IMG/VR virus record: IMGVR_UViG_3300045988_119195
Span: 1-59,879 of that record
Source of the DNA: a virus
Direction: 5' to 3' (one strand)
Length of the DNA: 59,879 nt
Shown here in pieces: positions 1 to 9,723 of the stretch; position 1 is the stretch's first letter, and every line of letters begins with the position of its first letter. The notes below the pieces were generated by a model. The model did no database searches and was not told the DNA's origin. It saw only the letters and a list, made by a program, of their open reading frames with translations. The translations under genes were made by a program, and so were the position numbers.

Positions 1-76
1 ATTCACCGTCTTTGGATTCACCGTCTTTGGATTCACCGTCTTTGGATTCACCGTCGTTGGTTTCACCTTCAGGCTT
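1..76. repeat. 15-bp tandem repeat TTCACCGTCTTTGGA: 3 perfect units (2-46) plus 2 degenerate units; same array as 59818..59879
   Basis: Direct reading. Bases 1-46 equal 59834-59879. Confidence 0.9.
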
Positions 77-328
77 TTCCGCAGCAGCGTTCTTACCACG
101 ACCTTTGGCAGGAGTCTTTTCTGATTCAGACTTGCTGTCTTCAACAACAGCTTCGACTTCCTCAATCAGTTCAGGAACTGGCAAACCGAACTCAGAGCAG
201 ACATCGACTTGACCGTCATAGTCTTCTTGGAACAGTTGCACAACAGAGCCACCAGTGTAGAACACGCCGTCGCTGCCGACGAAAGACACGTTGGTTTTGA
301 ACTTAACCATTTTGATAGTTTCTGGCAT
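1..328 (-). CDS. Head-module protein in the lambda FI position, 5' part; its acidic (ESKDG)n repeat tail runs off the left edge and resumes at 59808..59879
   Basis: ATG at 328 with AAGGGG 7 nt upstream, directly after the capsid gene stop. The frame is open to base 1. Overlapping the identical 46-nt ends keeps the frame and gives ...ESKDGESKDGESKDGESKDEANEL stop. Confidence 0.6.
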   Translation of the reverse strand, partial: MPETIKMVKFKTNVSFVGSDGVFYTGGSVVQLFQEDYDGQVDVCSEFGLPVPELIEEVEAVVEDSKSESEKTPAKGRGKNAAAEKPEGETNDGESKDGESKDGESKDGE

Positions 329-339
329 TTTCATACCCC

Positions 340-1416
340 TTATTGAGTTACATCTGCAATGCGGAATACGCTGTTTGGAGTCAACGTAATCGGCAACGGA
401 GCAGATTGGGTCAACAAATAGGTTGTTGACGGTTCATTAACACGGAATTCTTTGTGGTGCATTTCAGTCGCAATCCAGCCAGCATCTGCATCTTTGATAG
501 CACCGAAGGCCATTACACCTGCGAATTCACGGCTGTCGAAACCGATAACTTCGCCGTCAGCAACGTAGCGTTTAGGCAAGCCATCTGCGCCGAGGTAGCT
601 GCGGTTGTCGACGTACACTTCGATGGTTGTACCATTCAATGCTGTGAATCGAGCCACCATAGCAACACCACGTACATCACCAACATGCAACAGGTTCATG
701 GTCAAATCAGAACCACGGATATTGCGGTCGAGCAAATGAGAGCGTTCTTTGGCGGAGAAGTAGGCGTAGAAGGCTGCCCACGCACCACGACCCATAATCA
801 GGGTGTCGACTTCAGAAGTGTGTGATTTTTCATACACCAAGTCAGACATTTTGGCCAAGATGGTCAATGGGTTCACGTTCGCAGCAGTCCATTTGTCTGC
901 ACCTAAAGTGCTCATAGTCAGGGCTGGGTCACGGAAATAGCTCACGGTAGTGGTTGGGTAGTCGTCACCGCTAATGGTCAACTCACCACGAGAAAAGGCG
1001 TTAAAGGCCATCAATTCGTACAGGTTGTTCATTTTGATGCGGTGCATTTGCATTTGCTTGGCGCGGATTGCCATTGCGCGTTGAGCAGGGGTCATGCTAC
1101 CGAACAGTTGTTCACCAGCTACACGGTGTTGCAGACGTTCATCCCAAGCATCGAGGGAATCTTTTTCCTTAGCGTATGCTGGGCGGAAAGATTTCACATC
1201 GAAGTTTTTGTTTTGGTTGACCTTGCTCACCACGTTAGGCGCAACGAATTTGGCGATACCACGGTAATCTTCGAACACGTCGTCGAAAATAATCACGTCG
1301 GATTTTGCCAAGAAGGTGTTACCGAACAAGGTGCGGTAGAATGATTTCGGAGTTTCCAGCTTGCGAATCAAGCCACCTTGAATCAGGGTCTCCGTTAAAG
1401 TTTGTGAGTTTGGCAT
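340..1416 (-). CDS. Major capsid protein, lambda gpE family
   Basis: 358 aa. C-terminal ...YLLTQSAPLPITLTPNSVF resembles lambda E ...FTMIQSAPLMLLADPDEFV. Sits after the decoration and protease genes. Confidence 0.9.
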   Translation of the reverse strand: MPNSQTLTETLIQGGLIRKLETPKSFYRTLFGNTFLAKSDVIIFDDVFEDYRGIAKFVAPNVVSKVNQNKNFDVKSFRPAYAKEKDSLDAWDERLQHRVAGEQLFGSMTPAQRAMAIRAKQMQMHRIKMNNLYELMAFNAFSRGELTISGDDYPTTTVSYFRDPALTMSTLGADKWTAANVNPLTILAKMSDLVYEKSHTSEVDTLIMGRGAWAAFYAYFSAKERSHLLDRNIRGSDLTMNLLHVGDVRGVAMVARFTALNGTTIEVYVDNRSYLGADGLPKRYVADGEVIGFDSREFAGVMAFGAIKDADAGWIATEMHHKEFRVNEPSTTYLLTQSAPLPITLTPNSVFRIADVTQ

Positions 1417-1428
1417 AATTAACCTTTC

Positions 1429-1839
1429 TTAAGTACGTTGTACTGGGTTTGTTTCACAATTTTCGAAGAAAATTACGCTGGAGTTAAACTTGCGCAATTT
1501 TTCGAGTTTTTGTGCAACAGTCTCCATTCCACTGAACAAGCCAGTTCCAAAAACAAGGGCGTTGATATTGAACGTGCCGTGCGTGTAAACACTTACTGAC
1601 TCATTGCTTTTTGCTGCAAAAGCAGTAATGCAAAGCTGTTTGTCGTTACTCAGTGCTTGAACACCTTCTAAGTCAGTAATAACAGTTACCTTACCAGCAT
1701 TTGACAAATGACACAACGCATATTGCTGAATTTCGCCACCCGCCGTCGCTGAAACAGTCACTGGCAATGGAGTTTGTTTTGCAAACAACGGAATGTGTTC
1801 ACCACCAACCGCTTTGATATTTTCACTTTTCGCAAACAT
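1429..1839 (-). CDS. Head decoration protein (lambda gpD-like)
   Basis: 136 aa ORF immediately upstream of the capsid gene. The SVYTHGTFNINALVF segment resembles lambda D TFYKSGTFRYEDV. Confidence 0.6.
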   Translation of the reverse strand: MFAKSENIKAVGGEHIPLFAKQTPLPVTVSATAGGEIQQYALCHLSNAGKVTVITDLEGVQALSNDKQLCITAFAAKSNESVSVYTHGTFNINALVFGTGLFSGMETVAQKLEKLRKFNSSVIFFENCETNPVQRT

Positions 1840-1850
1840 GTTTCAATCCT

Positions 1851-2258
1851 TTATTGGTTGCTTTTCAAGAAGTTGGCAACAGCGTCAATATCGGCTGCCA
1901 GTTTGGTTGCTTCAGACTCATTACCAACGTCAGCACCCACGTTTGGTTGGGCTGTTTGAGCCATGGCATCGGCCAACAAATTAACTGCGGCTGCTGGTTG
2001 TTGAGCAACAGGTTGCTCCTTAACATCTTGCGCTGCGGCATTCAGAGTCTGAATAGCGTCTTCAACACTCATGCTGGTGTTGAACGCCAGATGATGTGCT
2101 AATTTGCTGTTTTTAGTAGCTGCTTCGGCAGTGATAATGCTCTGAATGCGGCTGCGTTCGGCATTTACATCGGCTTGGGCAACAGGGGCTTGAGGCGTTT
2201 GAGCCTGCGGTTCAGTTTTGGTTTCGTTCACCGCCTGAACTGGATTTTCATTAGACAT
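1851..2258 (-). CDS. Nested in-frame scaffold protein (lambda Nu3-like arrangement)
   Basis: Internal ATG at 2258, in frame with the protease ORF, preceded by the strong SD GGAGGG (gttaatcacggagggacgtATG). Confidence 0.45.
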   Translation of the reverse strand: MSNENPVQAVNETKTEPQAQTPQAPVAQADVNAERSRIQSIITAEAATKNSKLAHHLAFNTSMSVEDAIQTLNAAAQDVKEQPVAQQPAAAVNLLADAMAQTAQPNVGADVGNESEATKLAADIDAVANFLKSNQ

Positions 2259-3131
2259 ACGTCCCTCCGTGATTAACTTAACAGCCCCTTCGACGCTAAT
2301 TACGTCGTCGATGAGACCAATCGATTTTGCATCTTGCGCAGTATAACACGCCGCCTGCGTCTTTACTACATCTTCAACGGCAAGCGAACGGTTCGCACTT
2401 ACTAATGATACGAAGTCTCGATAAGTTGCGTCAATTCTTTTTTGCATATTTGCTTTTACAGAATCGGTCAAGTCTTCGTATGGGTTGCCGTCAACTTTAT
2501 GTTCACCTGCTTTGATGAATGTTACAGAAACACCTTCCTTTTCCAGTGCTTTCTCGTAACTTGCGTGCATAGCAACAACGCCGATAGAACCGATTCCGCT
2601 GCTTGGTGTAGCCTTAATTGACGTACATGCCGAAGCAATCGCGTATGCCGCAGAATAGCAGTTGCTGTCGACGATAGCATGAATTTCTTTTTGTGAACGA
2701 GCCGCCTTGATGTAATCAACTGTTTCAAAACAACCAGCAACTTCGCCACCACCAGAGTTAATATCCAAGATGATATTATCGACAGACTCATCAGCCAGTG
2801 CAGTTGCGATTGCATTTTTGATGTAGTTGTAGCCAGTGATAAAACCATAAGTCGCGTTAAATCGATTCACCAATGCCCCGAATACAGGAATTACTGCTGT
2901 TGTACCAATCCTGCCATACATTGTAACGCCGCCCACCGCAGAAGCACCGATGCTTCGAGCCATAGTTTGTTTAACCATGTCGACGCGACCTTCTTCTGTT
3001 TGCAACACTGGGTTAGTCATGTTGACGTTCAAATCGGTCAAAAATTTACCAGCAGCCTCCTGCTGCACAGCGAGATATAACGTTTGCTGTGAGGCAAGAG
3101 ACGCAACAATAGGATGTACTGAATTACTCAT
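1851..3131 (-). CDS. Prohead protease / minor capsid protein C (S49 SppA/ClpP-type) with C-terminal scaffold domain
   Basis: Peptidase S49-like motif LDINSGGGEVAG. ATG at 3131 overlaps the portal stop (ATGAGTAA). The C-terminal third is A/Q-rich and helical. The track ORF extends to 3191. Confidence 0.8.
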   Translation of the reverse strand: MSNSVHPIVASLASQQTLYLAVQQEAAGKFLTDLNVNMTNPVLQTEEGRVDMVKQTMARSIGASAVGGVTMYGRIGTTAVIPVFGALVNRFNATYGFITGYNYIKNAIATALADESVDNIILDINSGGGEVAGCFETVDYIKAARSQKEIHAIVDSNCYSAAYAIASACTSIKATPSSGIGSIGVVAMHASYEKALEKEGVSVTFIKAGEHKVDGNPYEDLTDSVKANMQKRIDATYRDFVSLVSANRSLAVEDVVKTQAACYTAQDAKSIGLIDDVISVEGAVKLITEGRMSNENPVQAVNETKTEPQAQTPQAPVAQADVNAERSRIQSIITAEAATKNSKLAHHLAFNTSMSVEDAIQTLNAAAQDVKEQPVAQQPAAAVNLLADAMAQTAQPNVGADVGNESEATKLAADIDAVANFLKSNQ

Positions 3132-4773
3132 TTTCGCCATCTTTCGAATTTTCGTTATCGGGATTATCTCCTTTTTTATCTTCGGAATCAACAGACTCCC
3201 CAGATTTTGAAGATTTTTTGTTTACAACAGCTTTTTCCGCGCCATCATCAATGACAATACCCAAGCGTTCAATCTCCTCCTGTTCGCGCTTACGTTGCGC
3301 TAACAATTCACGCCAGTCATAGCCCATGCGAGCCGCTTCAATTTCGAGCGTTGACAGACCAAACTTGGTTTTGAGAATAGCTGCCTGTGTTTCCTTCATC
3401 TCGTCAATCTGACCACGAGCCGCGCCAATCCATGAGCATTGCGCCAGAGCGTCGAAGATTTCTGGATTCTCATAAATCCATGCCGCTGTCTTACCCTTCG
3501 GCAAAGGAACAGAACCGTTATTGATTTGCTCTTCCAACCATAAGCGGTAGACTTCAGTCGCAAATTTATCCGCGACGGCCTTTTTGCGTGACTGCATGAA
3601 TTTGAATGTTTCATTCATGCTCGCGCGTGCGCTAGAGTAGTTTGTTTTGGTGTAGTCGCGAGAAAACTGTTCGTAACTAACACCAAGACCAGCCGCGATA
3701 TGACGCAGCAGTGACTGCTCATACTCAGAACCCGTACCGCTCGGCTGACCGAGTTGTTGCAGGTTCAATTTAGTATTTGGATGTAGAACTGGAATTCGTG
3801 CGCCATCCAACTGAATATCACGGGTCGCTGTGTGTTGCAGAATAGAGCCAAGCATTGACTTGGCGGCAATATCAAAGCTCACGCCGTTTGGATTACCACC
3901 CATAATTTCAGTAATCATTTGCGGCGGCAAATCACTCTCAATACTCGCGGCATACGTTGCTTGCAGGACTGCCTGTTGCAATTCAACGTCTTGGAAACGA
4001 CGAGTCATACGCATTTGCTTTAACACACTCACCATCTCGCTTACGCCACGCACTTGTTCGGGCATCAGTTGGTCGATGATATGAATAATTTGCTTACGAC
4101 CCCACTTAGTTTCAGCAGGAATACGCTTCCACTTAAACAATTTCTCGGTTTGAGTGTAATCATACGGGTGCGCTTCCATGATGTGATAAGCAACAGGTCG
4201 ACCATATTTATCACGTTCAATACCTGTTTTCAATGTGTCAGTATCCATCTGCCCGTTTGGATTACTCAGGCGTTTTGGGCTAATCATCTGAATAGCCGTA
4301 GCGTATGGGCGTTTTCGGTCGACAATCCATTCCGCAGCCGCGAGGACTTCACCGTGAATTAAAAATACACCGACTGCCTGACGCACCATGGCGGTGAAAT
4401 CTTTAATACCACTTGCATCAAGCCAGTGTTTAGCACTCGATGCAGTATTATTGAATTTAGACTCGACCATACGTTGAAAGTTGTACAGCCACTCGTCGTC
4501 ATCAACACCCAAAACATCGACGTTCGGCTGCGAATTCAATTTGAATTGCGAGCCGACAATATTATCTTTGTGAATGGCCACAACACCACTGGCGTAACCG
4601 TCGTTGAGAACTACGTCACGGGCGCGGTCATCGATGATGTCTTTTTCAAAACGCAACATTGCGTCCATCGGCAACGGAGATGCCTCCCACGTTGCCATTT
4701 CACGGCTGGTTCGGTTTGCACCATCAAGGCCACCTGTGCCGCCGTGCGATTTGTATCCGTCAATGCCTGACAT
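3124..4773 (-). CDS. Portal protein, lambda gpB family
   Basis: EQSLLRHIAAGLGVSYEQFSRDY...SSARAS is nearly identical in pattern to lambda B EQSLLRYIAAGLGVSYEQLSRNY...STARAS. Confidence 0.9.
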   Translation of the reverse strand: MSGIDGYKSHGGTGGLDGANRTSREMATWEASPLPMDAMLRFEKDIIDDRARDVVLNDGYASGVVAIHKDNIVGSQFKLNSQPNVDVLGVDDDEWLYNFQRMVESKFNNTASSAKHWLDASGIKDFTAMVRQAVGVFLIHGEVLAAAEWIVDRKRPYATAIQMISPKRLSNPNGQMDTDTLKTGIERDKYGRPVAYHIMEAHPYDYTQTEKLFKWKRIPAETKWGRKQIIHIIDQLMPEQVRGVSEMVSVLKQMRMTRRFQDVELQQAVLQATYAASIESDLPPQMITEIMGGNPNGVSFDIAAKSMLGSILQHTATRDIQLDGARIPVLHPNTKLNLQQLGQPSGTGSEYEQSLLRHIAAGLGVSYEQFSRDYTKTNYSSARASMNETFKFMQSRKKAVADKFATEVYRLWLEEQINNGSVPLPKGKTAAWIYENPEIFDALAQCSWIGAARGQIDEMKETQAAILKTKFGLSTLEIEAARMGYDWRELLAQRKREQEEIERLGIVIDDGAEKAVVNKKSSKSGESVDSEDKKGDNPDNENSKDGENE

Positions 4774-4781
4774 AATATCTC

Positions 4782-5033
4782 CTAGAAGTATACTCGCAGT
4801 GGTTTATAACCGTGACCCATGAGCACGTTATCCAGCAAACCACACGCGCGTAGCTCCATCTCCATTCGGCGAATCAGGTCGGCCAGCACGGATAGGTTTG
4901 CTTTTTGATATTCGATGCGCTCACCGTTCTGGTCAATCACCACCGTTACGTTTTGGCCAGACGCAATACGAAAATACGCGTCTTTCGCGTCTTTTAATTG
5001 CTCTGGTGTGTATGATGTGCAATTACAACTCAT
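4782..5033 (-). CDS. Head-tail joining protein gpW-like
   Basis: 83 aa from ATG 5033 (SD GGAG 7 nt upstream), between TerL and portal as in lambda. Pattern similarity to lambda W (..A...L..G..V.VV.D.NG..IEY..A....L...I). Confidence 0.7.
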   Translation of the reverse strand: MSCNCTSYTPEQLKDAKDAYFRIASGQNVTVVIDQNGERIEYQKANLSVLADLIRRMEMELRACGLLDNVLMGHGYKPLRVYF

Positions 5034-5034
5034 A

Positions 5035-7182
5035 CTACGCTCCCTGTAATCTGTTAATTTCATCCCAACTCAACTCGGAATAAGATTGTTGGGCTTCGTG
5101 AATGACAACATTATCTCCTGTTTCGTCCGTTGCATCAACTGGAGCATAAACAAGTGGATTTTTGTTCCATTCATCAAACAGCGGCGGAGGATTTGCCCAA
5201 TCGATACGGTCAATCATAAGTAATTTAGAGATTGACACCCCGATACAGTAATACAGCAAGTCCCATGCTTCGTTGTTTTGATGCGGTATCTTTTCCCACT
5301 TGGTTGCAGTTCGTATCTCGGCACACAACTCTTGATAGAACTCAATCGATAACCAGTCTGGGAAGGTAATCAGGCCATGCGCCACTTCGGTAGCATCAAG
5401 TCGATTCGACAATGTATCTTTCAACAAATTCGAATTCAGCATCAATACAGGAACGTCACCACGCGCCGCGCTCAAGGCATCCTTCTTGGTTGCGTCAGGA
5501 TAAGTAATAAACGCCCTTGGTGAGTTCGGCGTAACGACACCTTTCACCAAGTGGAATCGCGCCGCCTTGCGCTTGTTTTTCAAACTACGGTAAAAGTCGT
5601 AGGCCATAGACGTTACGCTTTCACCCTTTTCACGAGCATAACCGCCACTGTCACATACGGTCATGGTTACACCCATCATACGACCGCTTCCGTCGGCAAG
5701 CGGATAAAGCCTATCCATGACTTCAGTTTCAATCAACGACCAGTCTTCCAAGAAAGTCGCTGGGCGTACAAAGTAATTGTCACCATCTTCGTCGATACGC
5801 GCAGATTTGCGAATATCGAATCGGTCAATCACTGTAATATCGAACGGCGCACCAGCAGAAATGCCATGCACTTGTACCACGAATCTGTTCTTCTGCACGT
5901 CGACACAAGCAATCAAATTTCGAACGCCGATAGGAACAACACGCTCACCAATATCAACCGCGCGGTCTTTCAAATGTTCAGGCAGACGCTGAGACACTTG
6001 TGATTTAGGCACATACGGCTCGGCCAAGTCGGTATTGTAGAACTTCTGCAACGCTTCTTCTGAACCAGTGGTTTTAAACTCTTCTTCCGCCGCCAAATAC
6101 ATGGTTACGAGTTGACCCCAGCTAACAAACGCAGCAGCAACACCGCGCAGCCAGAATGACGCAATTCTCGTTTTGCGTGGGCTACCTACCAACTCACCAT
6201 GGCGGTTGAAGTACATACCGTCTTGAACCCACACGCCAGTTTGCTGCATTGCATGACGTTGGGATTGCTCAATTCGTCCGAAACATTTCGGGCATTGCAG
6301 GTAGGTCGAAGCGGCAATATCAATCATGTTGGTAGCCTTCTCATCCCATTTGAGCATCGAGAAAGTACCTTCAAAGCGTTCGTTACAATGTGGGCAAGCC
6401 CAGTACCATCTACGTCTATCGCCTCGGTTATAAAGCGCAAAAATCCCCTTCGTTGGAGGGGCTTCATGCGAACCAGCAACTTCAACCCAATGAGGGTCTT
6501 CGATTGGTCGACTTGGGCTACTCTCTGCCAAGCACATACGATACGAACCAAAGGTCGTTGTACGTTTTGCAGCCAAGTCATAAGGCGAACCATCACCACC
6601 AATGTCGTCGGGCATACGGTCATAATCGGTCAACATGACGCGCGGAATCGGACGACCTGCCAACTCAGATACACTCGGGTGCGCTAATGACAAAAACACC
6701 CCATTCTGGAAGTGTTTGTCACTGATATTGTCTGCGTCACGGTCTCCGTTCAACAAATCACCGCATTCCTTGGTATCACGCAACAACTTATCAACACGGC
6801 GTTTGGAGAAGTCGCGGCTCATTGCCGAGGTTGGGTTGATAATTAACATATCCATCGGGTCGCCATGGATTGAAAAACCAGTCCAGTTCACAATCAGGGC
6901 ATCTGTCTTACCGCACTGCGCAGGAGCGACCATTATCACGCCGTCATGAATCGGGCTGCTCAACATATCCATCGGCTCAATCATGTACGGAGTAGTTGAG
7001 TTCTTCCAATAACCAACATAAGAACCTCGGTTATTGACGTATCGATATTTTTCAGCCCATTTAGAAACGGTAAGTCGTTCTGGCGGTTGCAGAATGGACG
7101 ACAGTTCTACAAACATATCAGACAGACTACTGTACTGCCCGATTTTCTTAAAGGTCGTCAAGCTCTCGGTCATCAACGTCAT
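5035..7182 (-). CDS. Terminase large subunit, lambda gpA family
   Basis: 715 aa. Walker A-like VAPAQCGKTD. Size and position upstream of gpW and portal. Confidence 0.9.
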   Translation of the reverse strand: MTLMTESLTTFKKIGQYSSLSDMFVELSSILQPPERLTVSKWAEKYRYVNNRGSYVGYWKNSTTPYMIEPMDMLSSPIHDGVIMVAPAQCGKTDALIVNWTGFSIHGDPMDMLIINPTSAMSRDFSKRRVDKLLRDTKECGDLLNGDRDADNISDKHFQNGVFLSLAHPSVSELAGRPIPRVMLTDYDRMPDDIGGDGSPYDLAAKRTTTFGSYRMCLAESSPSRPIEDPHWVEVAGSHEAPPTKGIFALYNRGDRRRWYWACPHCNERFEGTFSMLKWDEKATNMIDIAASTYLQCPKCFGRIEQSQRHAMQQTGVWVQDGMYFNRHGELVGSPRKTRIASFWLRGVAAAFVSWGQLVTMYLAAEEEFKTTGSEEALQKFYNTDLAEPYVPKSQVSQRLPEHLKDRAVDIGERVVPIGVRNLIACVDVQKNRFVVQVHGISAGAPFDITVIDRFDIRKSARIDEDGDNYFVRPATFLEDWSLIETEVMDRLYPLADGSGRMMGVTMTVCDSGGYAREKGESVTSMAYDFYRSLKNKRKAARFHLVKGVVTPNSPRAFITYPDATKKDALSAARGDVPVLMLNSNLLKDTLSNRLDATEVAHGLITFPDWLSIEFYQELCAEIRTATKWEKIPHQNNEAWDLLYYCIGVSISKLLMIDRIDWANPPPLFDEWNKNPLVYAPVDATDETGDNVVIHEAQQSYSELSWDEINRLQGA

Positions 7183-7789
7183 CGATTCGTTCTCCTGTTA
7201 AATCTTCATAGCGAGCGACACGCTCTTTCTTCGCACGCTCCCCAAACTTGTCGGCAACAGCCTTGCTAACACCTAACATTACTTCATCCAGTAATCCAAC
7301 AATTAAGGTTCGCTGTTCTGGAGTAAGCGTTGTCAGGCGGTCAATGGTGTCGGGTATCAGCTTCACGCCCATTGCGAACGTCTTGTTAAGCTCGGATACA
7401 GCATCAATTACGTCCGCTGTATGCCAGTATTCCCCTGCTTCGACAAGATAGCTCAGACGGGCTTTCTTTGCCGCCCAGAAGTCCTTTTTCAAGGCTATCG
7501 GGAAGTGGCCTTTGTGAAAGACTTCTTCCCATTCCTCGTCCGTCCATACAGGCGGAACGCAGACACTTGCGATGTCACGAATAGCATAAATATCAGCCCC
7601 GTTTCGCGTACCTGATGGCTGAATCTTTGCTTTCCGTACCAAATTACCAAGTTCGGTGTTATGGACGTGAAAAATCAGGGCGGCCTGTTTAATGGTCACG
7701 CCCTTACTCAAAATATCATCGATTGTCAGCGTTGCGTTTGTGCCATTGCCTAGCATTATTGCAGTCGATGCTTTCTTCATGTTAGCCAT
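7148..7789 (-). CDS. Putative terminase small subunit (HTH at N-terminus, acidic C-terminal tail ...RELDDL)
   Basis: 213 aa directly upstream of and overlapping TerL. HTH-like segment TIKQAALIFHVHNTELGNLVRKA. The call is position-based. Confidence 0.55.
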   Translation of the reverse strand: MANMKKASTAIMLGNGTNATLTIDDILSKGVTIKQAALIFHVHNTELGNLVRKAKIQPSGTRNGADIYAIRDIASVCVPPVWTDEEWEEVFHKGHFPIALKKDFWAAKKARLSYLVEAGEYWHTADVIDAVSELNKTFAMGVKLIPDTIDRLTTLTPEQRTLIVGLLDEVMLGVSKAVADKFGERAKKERVARYEDLTGERIDDVDDRELDDL

Positions 7790-9461
7790 GTTTTAAAGCC
7801 TTTTTCACTTTTTGTATTAGGTCAAAAAATACGTTTTGTGTGTTTTGCTTACCTTCCCAGCAGGATTTCTTAACAACAACATCATAAGTGTTCGCGGCGA
7901 GTAGGTTGTAGACAAGAACCTTGTCATTTTCCTGCCCACGTCGTGCAAGCCTACGCAGAAACTGGTAGAACTGACCGTAGCTGAAGTATACGTCGTAGTT
8001 GATTACGATATGACCACCTTTTTGAAGGTTTAGGCCATGCGCCCCAGATTTAGGGTGCATCAACAGCATCTTAATTTCGCCACGATTCCACGCCGCTTTT
8101 TGTGAACCTTTTCTGTCCATCTTCACCGCGTGAGGGAAGTGTTTCTGTAACAAATTGAGGCTGCCTTGATGATAATATGCAATCAGGAAATTCTCGTCTG
8201 GATGACGAGCCATCAACTCGCGCAACGCCTCAATTTTTGCAGTATGCAGATAATGAATGGTTCTGTCCTGCACAACGCCGCCGAAATCGTTGATGGTTTC
8301 TTCGCTGTCGTACACAAAGCCAGCGCAAATCTGCATCATTTTCTGCAACACAGACACTGCCTGTTCAGCCGCGATAGTAGAACCGTCAACGGTAATCATG
8401 CCCGTGCCGCTCATTGCATTATACAATTCCCTTTGTTTTTCGGGCAAATCATATAACACATCTTCGATTACATACGGCGGTATATCCTTCAAATAATCCT
8501 CCTGTTTCATGACAAGCGTAATATCCGAAATCAGACGGGTTATTTCATCCGCAGAACCCTCCTTCAACGTGATTTTGTAGTTGTAAGGGTTTACGTTAAA
8601 GTAACGTTCCTTGTACTCGGTCATTGTTCGACCAAGGCGTTTACCGCCATCAAGCAGTTTGATTTGAGCAAACAGGCCGAGATAGTTTTCCGCTGCTGGT
8701 GTTGCGGTCAGTTCGTAAAAGTGGGTCGTTTTGTGCTTGATTGAGTCGAGTGCCTTCCAACGTTTCGTTGTCGCATCCTTGATGCCGTCGCTCTCGTCGT
8801 AAATTACACAGTCATAAATCCAATCCTCAGTACCCCAAGCATTAACCAACCACTCAACCATCTCATGATTGATGATGTGTATTACAGTCGGGTGTTCTTT
8901 CTCGTATTTGCGAATCTGCACACCTGCGGCCTCAACACGCGCTGTTTCAGTGAGCCATTTGCGATATTCCTTCTCAACAGCCGCCGTTGTTTTCTTCAGC
9001 AAGTCGTTGCGCTCGGCTTCTGAAATATTAGGGTTATTCTTCAAAAACTTGTTGACCCTAGTATTAACTTTTCGGTTAATTTTTCGAAGGTCTTTGTCGT
9101 CAAATGGTCGATTTTTCGCATTTCGGGCGTATTCGTTTACCGCTTCGATAATGTGTTCGGCACGCACCAGTTTGTAGCTAAGTGGGGCTGAGAACGACCA
9201 TTTTGCTATCTCATCGCCCCATGTTTGGTTGGCTACCTTCAGAGGGGCGATAATCAGCACTTTGTTGATTTTGTCATCATCCACCAAATCTCGTATCAAC
9301 TTCAAGCATATTGCCGTCTTACCCAAACCTGTATCGATAAATAATGCACTTCTTGGGTTCTTCTTCAAAAAGTCGATAGCCGTAAGCTGATAGTCATCCA
9401 AGTGATGCTCATGTAATTCCACGTTATTAAAACGTGATTTCAATTTATCTAAATATGACAT
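7782..9461 (-). CDS. SNF2/DEAD-like superfamily 2 helicase
   Basis: Motif I DTGLGKT, motif II DESD, C-terminal helicase domain. ATG at 9461 with SD GGAGGA. The track ORF extends to 9521. Confidence 0.8.
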   Translation of the reverse strand: MSYLDKLKSRFNNVELHEHHLDDYQLTAIDFLKKNPRSALFIDTGLGKTAICLKLIRDLVDDDKINKVLIIAPLKVANQTWGDEIAKWSFSAPLSYKLVRAEHIIEAVNEYARNAKNRPFDDKDLRKINRKVNTRVNKFLKNNPNISEAERNDLLKKTTAAVEKEYRKWLTETARVEAAGVQIRKYEKEHPTVIHIINHEMVEWLVNAWGTEDWIYDCVIYDESDGIKDATTKRWKALDSIKHKTTHFYELTATPAAENYLGLFAQIKLLDGGKRLGRTMTEYKERYFNVNPYNYKITLKEGSADEITRLISDITLVMKQEDYLKDIPPYVIEDVLYDLPEKQRELYNAMSGTGMITVDGSTIAAEQAVSVLQKMMQICAGFVYDSEETINDFGGVVQDRTIHYLHTAKIEALRELMARHPDENFLIAYYHQGSLNLLQKHFPHAVKMDRKGSQKAAWNRGEIKMLLMHPKSGAHGLNLQKGGHIVINYDVYFSYGQFYQFLRRLARRGQENDKVLVYNLLAANTYDVVVKKSCWEGKQNTQNVFFDLIQKVKKALKHG

Positions 9462-9723
9462 CTGCTTCCTCCAGAGTGGAAATGACGTAAACGCTCGCGC
9501 CGTGTTTGCGCATAGTGTCAATTACTCGTTCTTGTTCAGGGCGCAATTTACCAGCGTCATTCTTGAACTCAACGTAAATGGTGTTCCCGTTTTTAATAAA
9601 CAGTCGGTCGGGGAAGCCGTTTATGCTGGCTCGTTCAATTTTGACCTGAAACCAGCCGCGCTTTTCGGCAAGCAGACGGCTGGTTTTCTCAATGCGGCTT
9701 TCGCGTTGACTCAGTGATTTCAT
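9445..9723 (-). CDS. VRR-NUC domain nuclease
   Basis: 92 aa. GFPDRLF...VEFK...G.L...Q pattern typical of VRR-NUC (PD-(D/E)XK). Confidence 0.75.
   Translation of the reverse strand: MKSLSQRESRIEKTSRLLAEKRGWFQVKIERASINGFPDRLFIKNGNTIYVEFKNDAGKLRPEQERVIDTMRKHGASVYVISTLEEADVIFR

Noticed and set aside
454-825. Plus-strand ORFs nested inside minus-strand structural and replication genes (for example 454..825, 1042..1344, 5551..6003, 6199..6687, 10869..11297, 15676..16122, 50838..51329, 53215..53721, 59155..59682), and the mirror cases on the minus strand within 23330-40781.
   Set aside because: They lie antisense to long ORFs with clear family motifs. They lack SD sequences and have odd composition (Cys/Arg/Ser-rich), so they are shadow ORFs.
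7789-7800. A cos site immediately upstream of the small terminase gene, as in lambda.
   Set aside because: The helicase gene overlaps the terS start, so there is no intergenic space. The location of cos or pac cannot be determined from sequence alone.
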